Shown here: piece by piece, positions 1 through 9,181 of the stretch
How positions within the stretch are numbered: position 1 is the stretch's first letter
Layout: the number at the start of each line of letters is the position of its first letter
Source of the DNA: a virus
Lineage: Duplodnaviria; Caudoviricetes
Virus record (IMG/VR): IMGVR_UViG_3300041809_002848
Location: 1-61,563 of that record
DNA: 61,563 nucleotides
Strand: one strand, 5' to 3'
The notes under the pieces: model-generated
What the model saw: only the letters and a program-made list of their open reading frames with translations
Told to the model about the DNA's origin: nothing
The model's database searches: none
Made by a program: the position numbers and the translations under genes

Positions 1-263
1 AGCGAGTGTGCGAAGTCCTTGGCTTCGATGTAGCCGACAGGCAGGTCGCCACGCGTGACGATGTAATCGGGGGCTCCTCACTCGATGCGCCGTGTCTCGT
101 TCACTGCCCGGACGTCCGGGGCGAGTTCCTCGATCAACGTCTTGAGGGCCGGGCGGTGTGTATGTTCGGTGGCGTTGCCCTGTCTGAGGTTGTCGTCGAG
201 CTCGTGCAAGTACGTGCGGAAGGCGGCTTCCGCGCTCGCGGGACCTGCGGCCACTTTCGTCAC
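1..263 (-). pseudogene. N-terminus of a type IIG/ISP-like restriction-modification enzyme, interrupted by an in-frame TGA (78-80) and running off the left edge
   Basis: NATEHTHRPALKTLIE...VNETRRIE*GAPDYIVTRGDLPVGYIEAKD; the frame stays open after the TGA and shows the PD...EAK nuclease motif. Confidence 0.7.
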
Positions 264-489
264 CCGGACACCCCACGAGCGCAGTTCCCCAGCACGTCAG
301 ACTTGTTACTGCAGGAGAGGTCGTAGTCGGCCATCGGACAGAGGCTATCACCATGCCGGCTGGCACGGTAAGACGGCGACGCCGGCGCCCGCCTGCCCAG
401 CTGTGTCTGATTCGCGTCGCGGAGCGGCGTCTTCCCTGTGGCAAGGAACCTTTGACCCGTCCGCCGTCCTTGCGATCGTCGCAGCGTGT

Positions 490-611
490 GGGGGTAGGGA
501 GTCAGTCACTGTAGACGCTCATGCCCCACCCTGCCCGCCCGGCGCCCGTGCGAAATCCCGAAACTGACGCTTTTCAGGCGACGGGTTTGGACTGTCTGCG
601 TGACAGGTTTC
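490..611 (+). repeat. cos-like packaging region of prophage A (degenerate direct repeat of 35655-35775)
   Basis: GGGTAGGG..TCA.TCA...CATGCCC.ACCCTGCCCGCCC...GAAATCCCGAAA...ACGGGTT...GTGACAGGTTTC shared with B; resembles the G-run...CGAAA regions upstream of P27-type small terminases. Confidence 0.6.
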
Positions 612-684
612 TGGAGGAGCTCACGCCAAGACACTCAGTCCACGTGGGGATGGACGCACTCCCGCTGGATCCGCCCCCGTGGGC

Positions 685-3060
685 TCAGGCTAGTCGCAAC
701 ACGATCAACTGCAGGTCATCGCGGAGCCTGTCGGAGAACGCTAGGACGGCATCTCGCACACCCTCCGCGACCTCTTGCGGCGAGCGGCCGCGCAAGCCAT
801 CAACGGTCTCCAGCAGGCGCGTCTCGCCGAACATCTCGCCGTCGCGGCGGGCCTCGGTAACGCCGTCGGTGTAGAGGACCAAGTACTCCTCGGGGGTGAG
901 CATCGCGTGGCTATTCGTGTAGGGGCGCTCGTAGAGGCCCAGCGGCAGGCCAAAGCTGACAGCAAGGGGCCGGCAGGCGAACGCACCCAGATGGACCGGA
1001 GCGGGGTGCCCGGCGCTGGCGTAGGTGAGCTGGCCCGTTGTGGGATCGAGCAGCGCGCAGAAGAGGGTCACGTGCGGGTCACTCGGGTCGAGCCTCAGCA
1101 GCTCGTTGACCTTGCCAAGAATGTAGGCCGGTGAGGAATCGATCATGGCGAAGGCGCGTGCCGTCGCGCGGACCGTCTCGGTGTGACCGGCGGCTCGCAC
1201 GCCCTTGCCGGCTACGTCGCCGATCAGCACGACGACGTGGCTGTCGTCGAGGAGGAAGAGGTCGCCGAAGTCGCCACCGACAAGATCCGAGGCGAAGGCC
1301 CTGCTCGAGACGATGTCGATCTCAAGGCCCGGCACCTGGGGCAGGTCGTGGACGAAGTTCTCCTGCAGGGTCTCGGCGACCCGGCGCTGGATCTTATAGA
1401 GGCGGGCGCTTTCAAGCATGCCGGAGACAAGGTCGGCGACTCGGCTTGCGAAATCGATCTCGGGCTCGGTGAAGATGTGTTGCCGGCTGTGGTTGAAGAA
1501 CAGAGCGCCGACCACCTTGCCGTGTACGACAAGCGGGACCGTCAGGACGGAGCGCACGCCCCAAGCGTGCTGCAGATCGATATCGACCCGCAGATCGGTC
1601 TCGCAGTCGTCGATGGCGACCGCCTTACGGGTCTCGCTGGCTTCGCTTGCGTACCGCACCTGCTCAAGCGGGATCGGTACATCAAGCACCTCGTCGGGCA
1701 CGTTCCAGAGGTGGCGCGGCACCCAGCCCTCCCCCTCGAGCGAGCACATGGTGGCCGACTCGGCCCCCATCGCCACACCCGCCCGCGGCACGACGGCGTC
1801 GAGGATCTCCTCGGGCTCGAGCAGCGTGGTGATGACGCTGGCGATCTCACCGACGGCCCGCAACCTCTCCTCGCTTGCCCGCAGGGCATCGGCGGCGCGC
1901 TGACGCTCGGTGATGTCGGTAAAGAGGACGGTGATACCGTCGGCACTGGGGTAGTCGCGCTCTTCGAACCAGCTGTCAAAAGGCGGATAGTAGGAGTCGA
2001 AGAGGCGAAACTCGCCGTGCTCCATGGCGGCGCGCTTGTTGGTCTCGAAGTCGCTACCCACCGCCTCGGGGAACAGCTCCCAGAAGTTGGCGCCCACAGC
2101 GTCCTTGCCGCCCGGGAACAGCTCGGCCGCAGCGTCGTTCAGGTAGGTCACACGCCACAAGCGGTCCAGCGTGTAGAAGCCATCGGTGATGGCGGCCAGG
2201 GTCGTAGCGAGCGCCGCGCGTGACTCAATGAGCTCCTGCTCAGTGCGCTTGCGCTCGTTGATCTCACGAAAGTAGATGCTGATGCCGGCCTGGGTCGGGT
2301 AGACGCGGACCTCAAGCCAATCGCCGGTCACCACGGAGCGGTGCTCATTGACCGACGGCTTGCCCAGTTCCATCGCCTCTCGATAGTGCTGTGCTAGGGG
2401 GGCGTCCTCAAGCTGCGGAAGGAGCTCCCAGATCACCTTGCCGAGGACCTCGTCGCGGCGCTTGCCCAGGAGGCGCAACATCACTTCGTTGACGTACGCG
2501 TAGCGGTACTCCCAGTCCAGCGCGGTGAAGCCCTCGTCGATCTCCTCGAGCACAGCGCGCATGCGAGGGTTGTGGTGGCCACGACTATCGAGCGCACCGC
2601 CGAGGCCGCTCTCGAACGACGAAGGCTCAGCGCACGACGCGGCGCATCGCGTCATGCGCACCCCCAGGCCGCCGTCCAGATGCAGTTCGAGTGAGTCCAT
2701 GAGCTGGGAGATGATGAACAGACCGCGGCCGTGATCGTTCTGCGGGTCGGGCAGCGCGTCGCTGTCGAAGGTGGTGATGTCGAAGCCGCTTCCGTGGTCG
2801 CGCACATCCGCGACCAGACTGCCCTTCTCGAAGCCAAGCGACAGCTCGACGTCGAGCTCGCTGCCGCTATGGCTGACCGCATTGGCTACGGCCTCGTCGA
2901 CACAAAGCACGACATCGCTGATGAGCTGTTCGTCGGTGCAGTAGAGGCGCAGGTAGTCGCGGATACGCTCGCGGGCGCGCAGCAGGTGTGCCGGTTCGGG
3001 AGGCATACGGAAATGCAGGCGCGGTGGCTCCGTCTGTGTCCGTGCGCTGTTCTGCGTCAA
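685..3060 (-). CDS. RsbW-like HATPase_c + PAS + PAS + GAF + SpoIIE/PP2C phosphatase fusion (moron)
   Basis: EAVANAVSH, D.G.GF and GRGL ATPase boxes; two PAS repeats; VGGDFGD, GDVAGKG, AGHP, YTDGVTEA and DD phosphatase motifs. Confidence 0.9.
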   Translation of the reverse strand: MTQNSARTQTEPPRLHFRMPPEPAHLLRARERIRDYLRLYCTDEQLISDVVLCVDEAVANAVSHSGSELDVELSLGFEKGSLVADVRDHGSGFDITTFDSDALPDPQNDHGRGLFIISQLMDSLELHLDGGLGVRMTRCAASCAEPSSFESGLGGALDSRGHHNPRMRAVLEEIDEGFTALDWEYRYAYVNEVMLRLLGKRRDEVLGKVIWELLPQLEDAPLAQHYREAMELGKPSVNEHRSVVTGDWLEVRVYPTQAGISIYFREINERKRTEQELIESRAALATTLAAITDGFYTLDRLWRVTYLNDAAAELFPGGKDAVGANFWELFPEAVGSDFETNKRAAMEHGEFRLFDSYYPPFDSWFEERDYPSADGITVLFTDITERQRAADALRASEERLRAVGEIASVITTLLEPEEILDAVVPRAGVAMGAESATMCSLEGEGWVPRHLWNVPDEVLDVPIPLEQVRYASEASETRKAVAIDDCETDLRVDIDLQHAWGVRSVLTVPLVVHGKVVGALFFNHSRQHIFTEPEIDFASRVADLVSGMLESARLYKIQRRVAETLQENFVHDLPQVPGLEIDIVSSRAFASDLVGGDFGDLFLLDDSHVVVLIGDVAGKGVRAAGHTETVRATARAFAMIDSSPAYILGKVNELLRLDPSDPHVTLFCALLDPTTGQLTYASAGHPAPVHLGAFACRPLAVSFGLPLGLYERPYTNSHAMLTPEEYLVLYTDGVTEARRDGEMFGETRLLETVDGLRGRSPQEVAEGVRDAVLAFSDRLRDDLQLIVLRLA

Positions 3061-3216
3061 ATGGGTCCCCCGACACCACTAGGAACGATCGCGTCATCTT
3101 ACGACCGTCATCCGGCACCTGCGACCGTTGCTGTGACCAGGCTCCAGGCCGAGCGGATGCGCCTCCGCCCGCCTGGACCTCAAGACTCGACGCCGGTGTC
3201 GGCGCACGCACCATCT

Positions 3217-3239
3217 CGGCGTGACGGGTTTCTCATGAT
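3217..3239 (+). promoter_or_regulatory. Phage promoter motif CGGCGTGACG-N7-CATGAT (leaderless, 6 nt before ATG)
   Basis: One of 8 fixed-spacing copies; ATG at 3246. Confidence 0.7.
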
Positions 3240-3245
3240 GCGGGC

Positions 3246-3602
3246 ATGGTCGTCGTGCTTTGCGCTCACTGCCGCCAACCCCTTCCGCCACGCAGAACGC
3301 GTGGGCCGGCTGCTTCGTATTGCTCCCGAGGCTGCCGGCAGGCAGCCTATGTTGCGCGCCGCCGAGCGCAGGCCGGGCTCGAGGAGCTGGTCGGCGCCGC
3401 CGCCGCGCAAACGATTGTCCCAGCGCTGGCGCCGGCCGACGCCGACTCCCAGGTGCAGCAAGCCATACTCGACGGTCGCGGCATCGCCGGTGCCTTCATC
3501 CGGCTGCGCCGCGAGGCGCGCGTCGAGCTCGGCTGGCGCTGCGCCAAGATCGGCGAGGCGATGCTCGACGCCATGGACCGCTACTTCCCGGAGGTCGGCT
3601 GA
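3246..3602 (+). CDS. Small Zn-finger protein
   Basis: CAHC...YCSRGCRQAAY; paralogue at 37072-37422. Confidence 0.75.
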   Translation: MVVVLCAHCRQPLPPRRTRGPAASYCSRGCRQAAYVARRRAQAGLEELVGAAAAQTIVPALAPADADSQVQQAILDGRGIAGAFIRLRREARVELGWRCAKIGEAMLDAMDRYFPEVG

Positions 3603-4909
3603 TGTCGCTCGCGCTCGAGACCGTGCCGGTCGCGTCCCTGACGCTTGACCCGGCCAACGCGCGCAAGCACGGCTCGCGCAACCTCGAGGCGATCGCCGGG
3701 AGCCTGCGACAGTTCGGCCAGCGCCGGCCGCTTGTCTGCCGGCGCGCCGGCGGACAGACCATGGTCGTCGCCGGCAACGGCACCCTCGAGGCGGCGCGCT
3801 CGCTGGGCTGGACCGAAGTTGTCATCACCGTCGTGCCGGACGACTGGACCGCCGAGCAGGCGAAGGCGTACGCGCTGGCCGACAACCGCACGGCCGAGCT
3901 CGCGACCTGGGACGAGGGCGTGCTCGCCGAGCAGCTCGGCGACCTCGACGCGCTCGGCTTCGATCTCAACAGCATCGGCTTCGACGGGCTGCCGGCGCTT
4001 GACCTCGGCGCCGGCGCCGACGACGTGGGCGAGGCGCCGCTCGACCCGGTCTCGTCGCGGGGCGATCTGTGGCTCTGCGGTCCGCACCGCGTCATCTGTG
4101 GATCCAGCACGGACGCCGGCGCCGTGGCGCGGCTCTTCGCCGACGACCACTGCCAGTGCATCATCACCGACCCGCCGTACGGCGTCGCCTACGTCACCTC
4201 GCTCGACAAGACGATGCGCGATCAGGGGAAGGTTCCGCCGCGGCACCGCGCGATCGCCGGCGACGACACATCGGACCCGGTGCTCGAGGCGCTGGTCAAG
4301 GATTCGCTCACGCTCGCCTGCGCGCACGCCGCCCAGGGCGCCGGCTGCTACGTCTTCCATGCCGACTCGAAGCGCATGCTCTTCGAAGCGTCCATGGCGC
4401 GCGCCGGCTTTCTCGTTCACCAGACGCTCGTCTGGGTCAAGCAGCGCATCACGCTTGGCCACATGGACTACCTCTCGCAGCACGAGCCGGTGCTTTACGG
4501 CTGGAAGCTCGGCGGCAAGCACGACTGGTACGGAGGCCGGCGGCGATCGGCCCTGGTGGCCGACGAGGCGCCCGACCTCGAGCGCCTGACGGGCGACGGG
4601 GCACTCGAGCTCCTGCGCGACCTCTACTCCGCCACCACGGTCATCCGCCACGACCGCCCGGTGAAGTCGACGGAGCATCCCACCATGAAGCCGGTGGGCC
4701 TGCTGGCGCGCTTCGTCGTCAATTCCACCAAGAAGGGCGACCTCGTCTACGACCCGTTTCTCGGCTCCGGCTCGACGCTCATCGCCGCCGAGACCCAGGG
4801 TCGGCGCTGTGTCGGTTGCGAGCTCGACCCGGGCTACGTCGATGTCATCGTGCGGCGCTGGGAGGAGGCGACCGGCGGCAAGGCGGTGCTCGAGCGTGGC
4901 GAAGGGTAG
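3602..4909 (+). CDS. ParB-N domain fused to N4/N6 DNA methyltransferase
   Basis: N-terminal NARKH..FGQ..P...AGNG...ADNR; DPPY, HPTMKP and DPFLGSGST motifs; ATG at 3602 overlaps the upstream stop. Confidence 0.92.
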   Translation: MSLALETVPVASLTLDPANARKHGSRNLEAIAGSLRQFGQRRPLVCRRAGGQTMVVAGNGTLEAARSLGWTEVVITVVPDDWTAEQAKAYALADNRTAELATWDEGVLAEQLGDLDALGFDLNSIGFDGLPALDLGAGADDVGEAPLDPVSSRGDLWLCGPHRVICGSSTDAGAVARLFADDHCQCIITDPPYGVAYVTSLDKTMRDQGKVPPRHRAIAGDDTSDPVLEALVKDSLTLACAHAAQGAGCYVFHADSKRMLFEASMARAGFLVHQTLVWVKQRITLGHMDYLSQHEPVLYGWKLGGKHDWYGGRRRSALVADEAPDLERLTGDGALELLRDLYSATTVIRHDRPVKSTEHPTMKPVGLLARFVVNSTKKGDLVYDPFLGSGSTLIAAETQGRRCVGCELDPGYVDVIVRRWEEATGGKAVLERGEG

Positions 4910-5399
4910 ACCGCCGGATCCTGGCCGGGAGCGCCGAGGCACAGGCAACCGCGCGACGGTCGGTCGCGCCAAGGCGGCGACCGCGCGCGCGCTGCCCGCG
5001 CCGGTGGAGGTCGTCGGCGCCGAGCCGCCGGATGGCCTGCCAGAGGCAGTCGCGCCGCTGTGGAGCGTGTGTGTCACGGAGATGGCGGCGAACCGTCACC
5101 TGCGCGCGCCGGACCTCATCCTGCTCAAGGCATACTGCGAGGCGATCTGGCTTCACGAAGAGGCCGCGGCGCAGATCCATCGCCTCGGTATGCTCGTCGC
5201 CGGCGATCGCGGGCCGATGGTCAACCCGCTCATCCGGGTGCAGAAGGACGCCGCGCAAACGATGCGTCAACTGGCCGACGTGCTCGGTCTGAACCCCTCC
5301 GCGCGCATCCGCGCGGGTCTCATGGAGGTCGCCGGGGCCAGCATGGTGCTAGGTATTCGCGACCGCCTGGTCGGCGAGCTCACCAAGGGCGCCAAGTGA
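4896..5399 (+). CDS. terS: Terminase small subunit (P27 family)
   Basis: YCEA...NPLI...LGLNPSAR signature; upstream of TerL; GTG start. Confidence 0.85.
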   Translation: MAKGRPPDPGRERRGTGNRATVGRAKAATARALPAPVEVVGAEPPDGLPEAVAPLWSVCVTEMAANRHLRAPDLILLKAYCEAIWLHEEAAAQIHRLGMLVAGDRGPMVNPLIRVQKDAAQTMRQLADVLGLNPSARIRAGLMEVAGASMVLGIRDRLVGELTKGAK

Positions 5400-5680
5400 G
5401 CCGCGCGCGGCTCTACATCTCCGTGGTGGCCGACGTCTTGGAGGCGCGCGACTTCCGCTGCGAGTCCTGCGGGGCGCCCGACATCGAGCACGTGCACCAC
5501 ATCATCCCGGTCTCCGAGACCGGGATCTGCGCGGTGCTCGCGACCGAGCCGGCCAACATGATGGTGCTCTGCAACGACTGCCACGTGCTCTTTCATCCCG
5601 GCTCGCGCAACCGCAACATGTGGTGGCACATGCAGCTTGTCGCCGACGCGCGCGGTCGATCACTGGGGGCCTTCCGATGA
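5396..5680 (+). CDS. HNH endonuclease (packaging-associated, HK97 gp74-like)
   Basis: CESC..HVHHIIP...NMMVLCNDCH. Confidence 0.88.
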   Translation: MSRARLYISVVADVLEARDFRCESCGAPDIEHVHHIIPVSETGICAVLATEPANMMVLCNDCHVLFHPGSRNRNMWWHMQLVADARGRSLGAFR

Positions 5681-5979
5681 GCGATCGCCCCAAGGCCGGC
5701 AAGCCGCCGGACCTCACCCAGCCGACCGAGATCCTGCGCTACCTGTGCGGCGTCGAGTGCGAGCGGCTGGTCGTCGCGCTGTCGATCGAGGCCAAGCGCG
5801 AGCTCGTCTTTCCCGAGACCACGGTCATCATCCGCGACATCGAGCGGCTCACCGCCGAGCTCGAGCGCCGCGATGCCGAGGCCGCGGCCGGCGGCGTCGC
5901 CGCGGCGCCGGCGAACTCGGCGCAAGCGACTCCTTCCGCCGGCTGGGCGCCGGCCGACCTGCCGAGCCTGGGGGACTGA
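5677..5979 (+). CDS. Hypothetical phage protein
   Basis: ATGA-coupled; conserved at 39497-39796. Confidence 0.7.
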   Translation: MSDRPKAGKPPDLTQPTEILRYLCGVECERLVVALSIEAKRELVFPETTVIIRDIERLTAELERRDAEAAAGGVAAAPANSAQATPSAGWAPADLPSLGD

Positions 5980-5980
5980 C

Positions 5981-7480
5981 ATGGCACGGCGCACCGTTCG
6001 GGAGCTCGAGCGCGATAGCGCCGGCGCGCTGGCCGCATCGGTCGTCGAGCTGTTCATGCTCGAGCACCTACGCTTCACCGGCGGCACCCTCGCCGGCCGG
6101 CCGATGCGGCTGGCGCCGTTCCAGCGCGACAACATCGTGTGTCCCATCTTCGGTACGCTCGATGCTCGCGGCCGGCGCGTCTACCGCGAGGCGCTCGTCG
6201 GGCTGCCGCGCTGGGGCGGCAAGAGCCAGCTCTCGGCGGCGCTCGGGCTCACCCTCATGTACACCGAGCCGACCTTCGAGGGCGAGTACTACGTCGTGGC
6301 CACCACGCGCCAGCAGGCCGGCATCGTCTTCGAGAAGGCCAAGCGCATGGTGCTCATGGACGACCTGCTGCGCGGCATCACCCGCGTCTACCGCAACGTC
6401 TTGGAGATCCAGGAGACCGGCGCGCTGTTTCGCGTCCTGCCCTGGGACGCCGACACCGCCCAGGGCTACCATCCGACGACGGCGATCATCGACGAGTACC
6501 ACGTGCACCGCGACTCATCGATGCGCGAGGCGCTCATCTCCGGCATGGTCGGCGTCGAGCAGGGCCTGCTCATCACGATCTCGACCGCCGGGCCGGAGCG
6601 CAAGGGCCCACTCTGGGACCTGCTGCGCGACATGCTCGGCGAGCCGGGGCCGCACGCCGGGCCGGCACGCCGGGACCCGCGCGCCTACGTCTACTGGGCC
6701 GGCGCCGGCGCAGACGACGACGGGCGCGACCCGAGGGTCTGGCGTGCCGCCAACCCGGCGCGCTGGATCACCGCGCGCATGCTGCGCGACCAATACCGCA
6801 CGCTGCCGTTCCCGGTCTTTGAGCGGCTCCATCTGAACCGCTTCCCCTCGAGCGGCACGAGCCGCGCCTACCCGGCCGATCTCTGGGACGCCTGCGCCGC
6901 GCTGCCCAGCTTCGATGCCGACTCCCCCACCATGCTGGCGCTCGACGCCTCCTGGACACGCGACTCGACGGCGCTCGTGGTCGACCAGCGGTCGCCGGCC
7001 GGGATCCACAACCTCGAGTGCTACGTCTGGCGCAAGGACGGTGCCATGGGCCACATCGACCACGAGGCCGTCGAGGCCAAGATCGTCGAGCTCTGCCGGA
7101 AGCTCAACGTCGTGCGGGTCGGCTGCGACCCCAACTACTTCACGCGCTCCATGCTGCGCCTGGAGCACGACTTCCGGGTGCCCATCGAGGAGTTCCCTCA
7201 GGAGAACAAGCGCATGAGCTCGGCCGCCATGACGCTGTTCGATGTGCTGCAGGAGGGCCGGTTGGCGCACGGCGGCGCGCGCGAGCTCCGCTCCCAGGTC
7301 CTGAATGCCGGCGTGAAGGCGACGCCCTACGGCTGGCGCCTGACAAAGGTCACCGACGACGCCAAGATCGACGCCGCGGTGGCGCTGGCCATGGCCGTCT
7401 ACCTGGCCGAGTCGGAGGCCAACGCCTTCACACCGTCGTTCGCCAAGACGGGCGGGGTGTGGAGCATCCCGTTGGCCTGA
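5981..7480 (+). CDS. terL: Terminase large subunit
   Basis: Walker A PRWGGKS, Walker B IIDEYH, ISTAG, C-terminal KIDAAVALAMA. Confidence 0.95.
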   Translation: MARRTVRELERDSAGALAASVVELFMLEHLRFTGGTLAGRPMRLAPFQRDNIVCPIFGTLDARGRRVYREALVGLPRWGGKSQLSAALGLTLMYTEPTFEGEYYVVATTRQQAGIVFEKAKRMVLMDDLLRGITRVYRNVLEIQETGALFRVLPWDADTAQGYHPTTAIIDEYHVHRDSSMREALISGMVGVEQGLLITISTAGPERKGPLWDLLRDMLGEPGPHAGPARRDPRAYVYWAGAGADDDGRDPRVWRAANPARWITARMLRDQYRTLPFPVFERLHLNRFPSSGTSRAYPADLWDACAALPSFDADSPTMLALDASWTRDSTALVVDQRSPAGIHNLECYVWRKDGAMGHIDHEAVEAKIVELCRKLNVVRVGCDPNYFTRSMLRLEHDFRVPIEEFPQENKRMSSAAMTLFDVLQEGRLAHGGARELRSQVLNAGVKATPYGWRLTKVTDDAKIDAAVALAMAVYLAESEANAFTPSFAKTGGVWSIPLA

Positions 7481-7481
7481 G

Positions 7482-7634
7482 TCAGGCAGCCTCGCCGGCC
7501 GGCCCTTCAACCAACTGAATGTCCATCCCGCCACAGACGGGGCAGGCAACGAGGGCGTCCTCCACGTCCGGAACGAATTCCGTCTTTTCAAAGTGTTGAC
7601 CGCCGTCCTCGCATATGAAGTATGGCGTGCTCAT
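7482..7634 (-). CDS. Small FmdB-like zinc-ribbon protein
   Basis: YFICEDGG.HFE...CPVCGG; GGGAGG RBS; one Cys of the first knuckle is replaced. Confidence 0.55.
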   Translation of the reverse strand: MSTPYFICEDGGQHFEKTEFVPDVEDALVACPVCGGMDIQLVEGPAGEAA

Positions 7635-7718
7635 CCTCTGCCTCCCTTCGCTTCGAGTGTTCCCACGAGCAACAAAGAGTCGGTTGGCTTTGGCGATGCA
7701 GACAGGTACCATCGCGGT

Positions 7719-7772
7719 ACGGGGATGGAGTCCCCCTTTGAGCGCCCCACCCGGGGCTGATGGCTCCTGTCG
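7719..7772 (+). ncRNA. Fluoride riboswitch (crcB motif)
   Basis: GGGGATGGAGTCCCC...CGCCCC-loop-GGGGCTGATGGCTCCTG matches the GAUGG-pseudoknot-GCUGAUG consensus, upstream of an antiporter. Confidence 0.88.
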
Positions 7773-7816
7773 CGCAAACGAAAGCGCCCACAGGGTCATC
7801 GCAAGGAGGACTCGTC

Positions 7817-9121
7817 ATGCAGCAGCTTTTCACGATCGCCGCCCTTTGGCTTGCCTTGGCCGTCGTCGCCGCCGTTGTCGCCCACCGCCTGCACATTGCC
7901 ATTGCGCTGGTCGAGATCTGCGTCGGCGTGGCCGTCGCGGCGATCGCCGCTCACTTCGGCTGGTTTGCCAGCCTTGGCTCCGACCAGTTGTGGCTCCAGT
8001 TTCTCGCCTCGACGGGGGCTGTCTTGCTCACCTTCCTGGCCGGTGCGGAACTCGACCCCGCGGTCATCCGCACCAAGCTCGCCGAGGTCTCGGTGGTCGG
8101 GTTGGTCGGCTTTGCCGCACCGTTTCTGGTCTGCGCCGCTGCCGCCCACTGGCTGCTAGGCTGGGACTCGCAAGCCAGCCTGCTGGCCGGCGTGGCGCTC
8201 TCCACGACCTCGATGGCGGTCGTCTACTCGGTCATGCTGGAGACCGGCTTCAACCGCACCGACTTCGGCAAGGGCATCCTCGGCGCCTGTTTCATCAATG
8301 ACCTGGGCACGGTAATCGCCCTCGGTCTGCTCTTCGCCCCCTTTACCTACAGGACCGGGGTGTTCATCGCGACCACGGCCGGGGTCATCGTGGCGCTGCC
8401 CTTCGTCATCAACCGGCTGACGCGTATCTACGGACACCGCACCGCTGCCATCCGCACCAAGCTCATAATGCTCGTGCTGCTCGGCCTCGGCGCGCTGGCC
8501 TACTGGGCCGGCAGCGAAGCGGTGCTGCCGGCCTACATCGTCGGCATCGTGCTGGCCGGCGGCGCGGCCCAGGACCACCACTGGATCAGGCGGCTGCGCA
8601 CCCTGACGGTCGGCTTTCTCACGCCCTTCTACTTCCTACGGGCCGGCATGCTGGTCAGCGTGAATGCCGTGGTCGGTGCGCCCCTTGTGGTGCTTGCGCT
8701 CTTTGCCGCCAAGGTCGGGGCCAAGATCTTCGGCCTCTCTCCCGTGATCGGCCGCTTCCGGCGAGAGCGCTCGGAGCGATGGTACTACACCCTCATGATG
8801 TCGACCGGCCTGACTTTCGGCACGATCTCGGCGCTCTACGGCCTGAGCCACGGCATCGTCACGCAGAAACAGTATTCGTACCTCGTGGCTGTCGTCATCG
8901 GCACAGCGGTCATCCCCACGCTGGTCGCCAGCCTTGCCTTCGTGCCGCGCCACCTGCTGCCGCAGGCGGAGGTCGAGGTCGCTGTCGGGGTGGCGGTTGC
9001 AGCGTCAGGGCATCCCGTCACGAGGCAGACTCCCGTCGTGCCGGACGAGATCTACGCGGAGGCGCTGGAGGAGCTCGACCTCGAGGAGGAAGAAGAAGAG
9101 GAGGTCGGCGAGGAGGGGTAA
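7817..9121 (+). CDS. Cation:proton antiporter (CPA family), fluoride-riboswitch controlled
   Basis: Many TM helices, FLAGAELD, STTSMAVV and INDL motifs; AAGGAGG RBS; acidic C-terminal tail. Confidence 0.9.
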   Translation: MQQLFTIAALWLALAVVAAVVAHRLHIAIALVEICVGVAVAAIAAHFGWFASLGSDQLWLQFLASTGAVLLTFLAGAELDPAVIRTKLAEVSVVGLVGFAAPFLVCAAAAHWLLGWDSQASLLAGVALSTTSMAVVYSVMLETGFNRTDFGKGILGACFINDLGTVIALGLLFAPFTYRTGVFIATTAGVIVALPFVINRLTRIYGHRTAAIRTKLIMLVLLGLGALAYWAGSEAVLPAYIVGIVLAGGAAQDHHWIRRLRTLTVGFLTPFYFLRAGMLVSVNAVVGAPLVVLALFAAKVGAKIFGLSPVIGRFRRERSERWYYTLMMSTGLTFGTISALYGLSHGIVTQKQYSYLVAVVIGTAVIPTLVASLAFVPRHLLPQAEVEVAVGVAVAASGHPVTRQTPVVPDEIYAEALEELDLEEEEEEEVGEEG

Positions 9122-9122
9122 C

Positions 9123-9171
9123 GGCGTCACACGCTGCAGACCAATGAAGGCGCTGACAAGCGTGTAACGCC
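9123..9171 (+). terminator. 13-bp inverted repeat after the antiporter (probable terminator)
   Basis: GGCGTCACACGCT ... AGCGTGTAACGCC with 1 mismatch; no U-tract. Confidence 0.4.
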
Positions 9172-9181
9172 AGGCCAGCAA

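Noticed and set aside
9114-9171. Hairpin after the antiporter as an attC site
   Set aside because: GTAAC is present but there is no matching GTT R' box or extrahelical-base pattern
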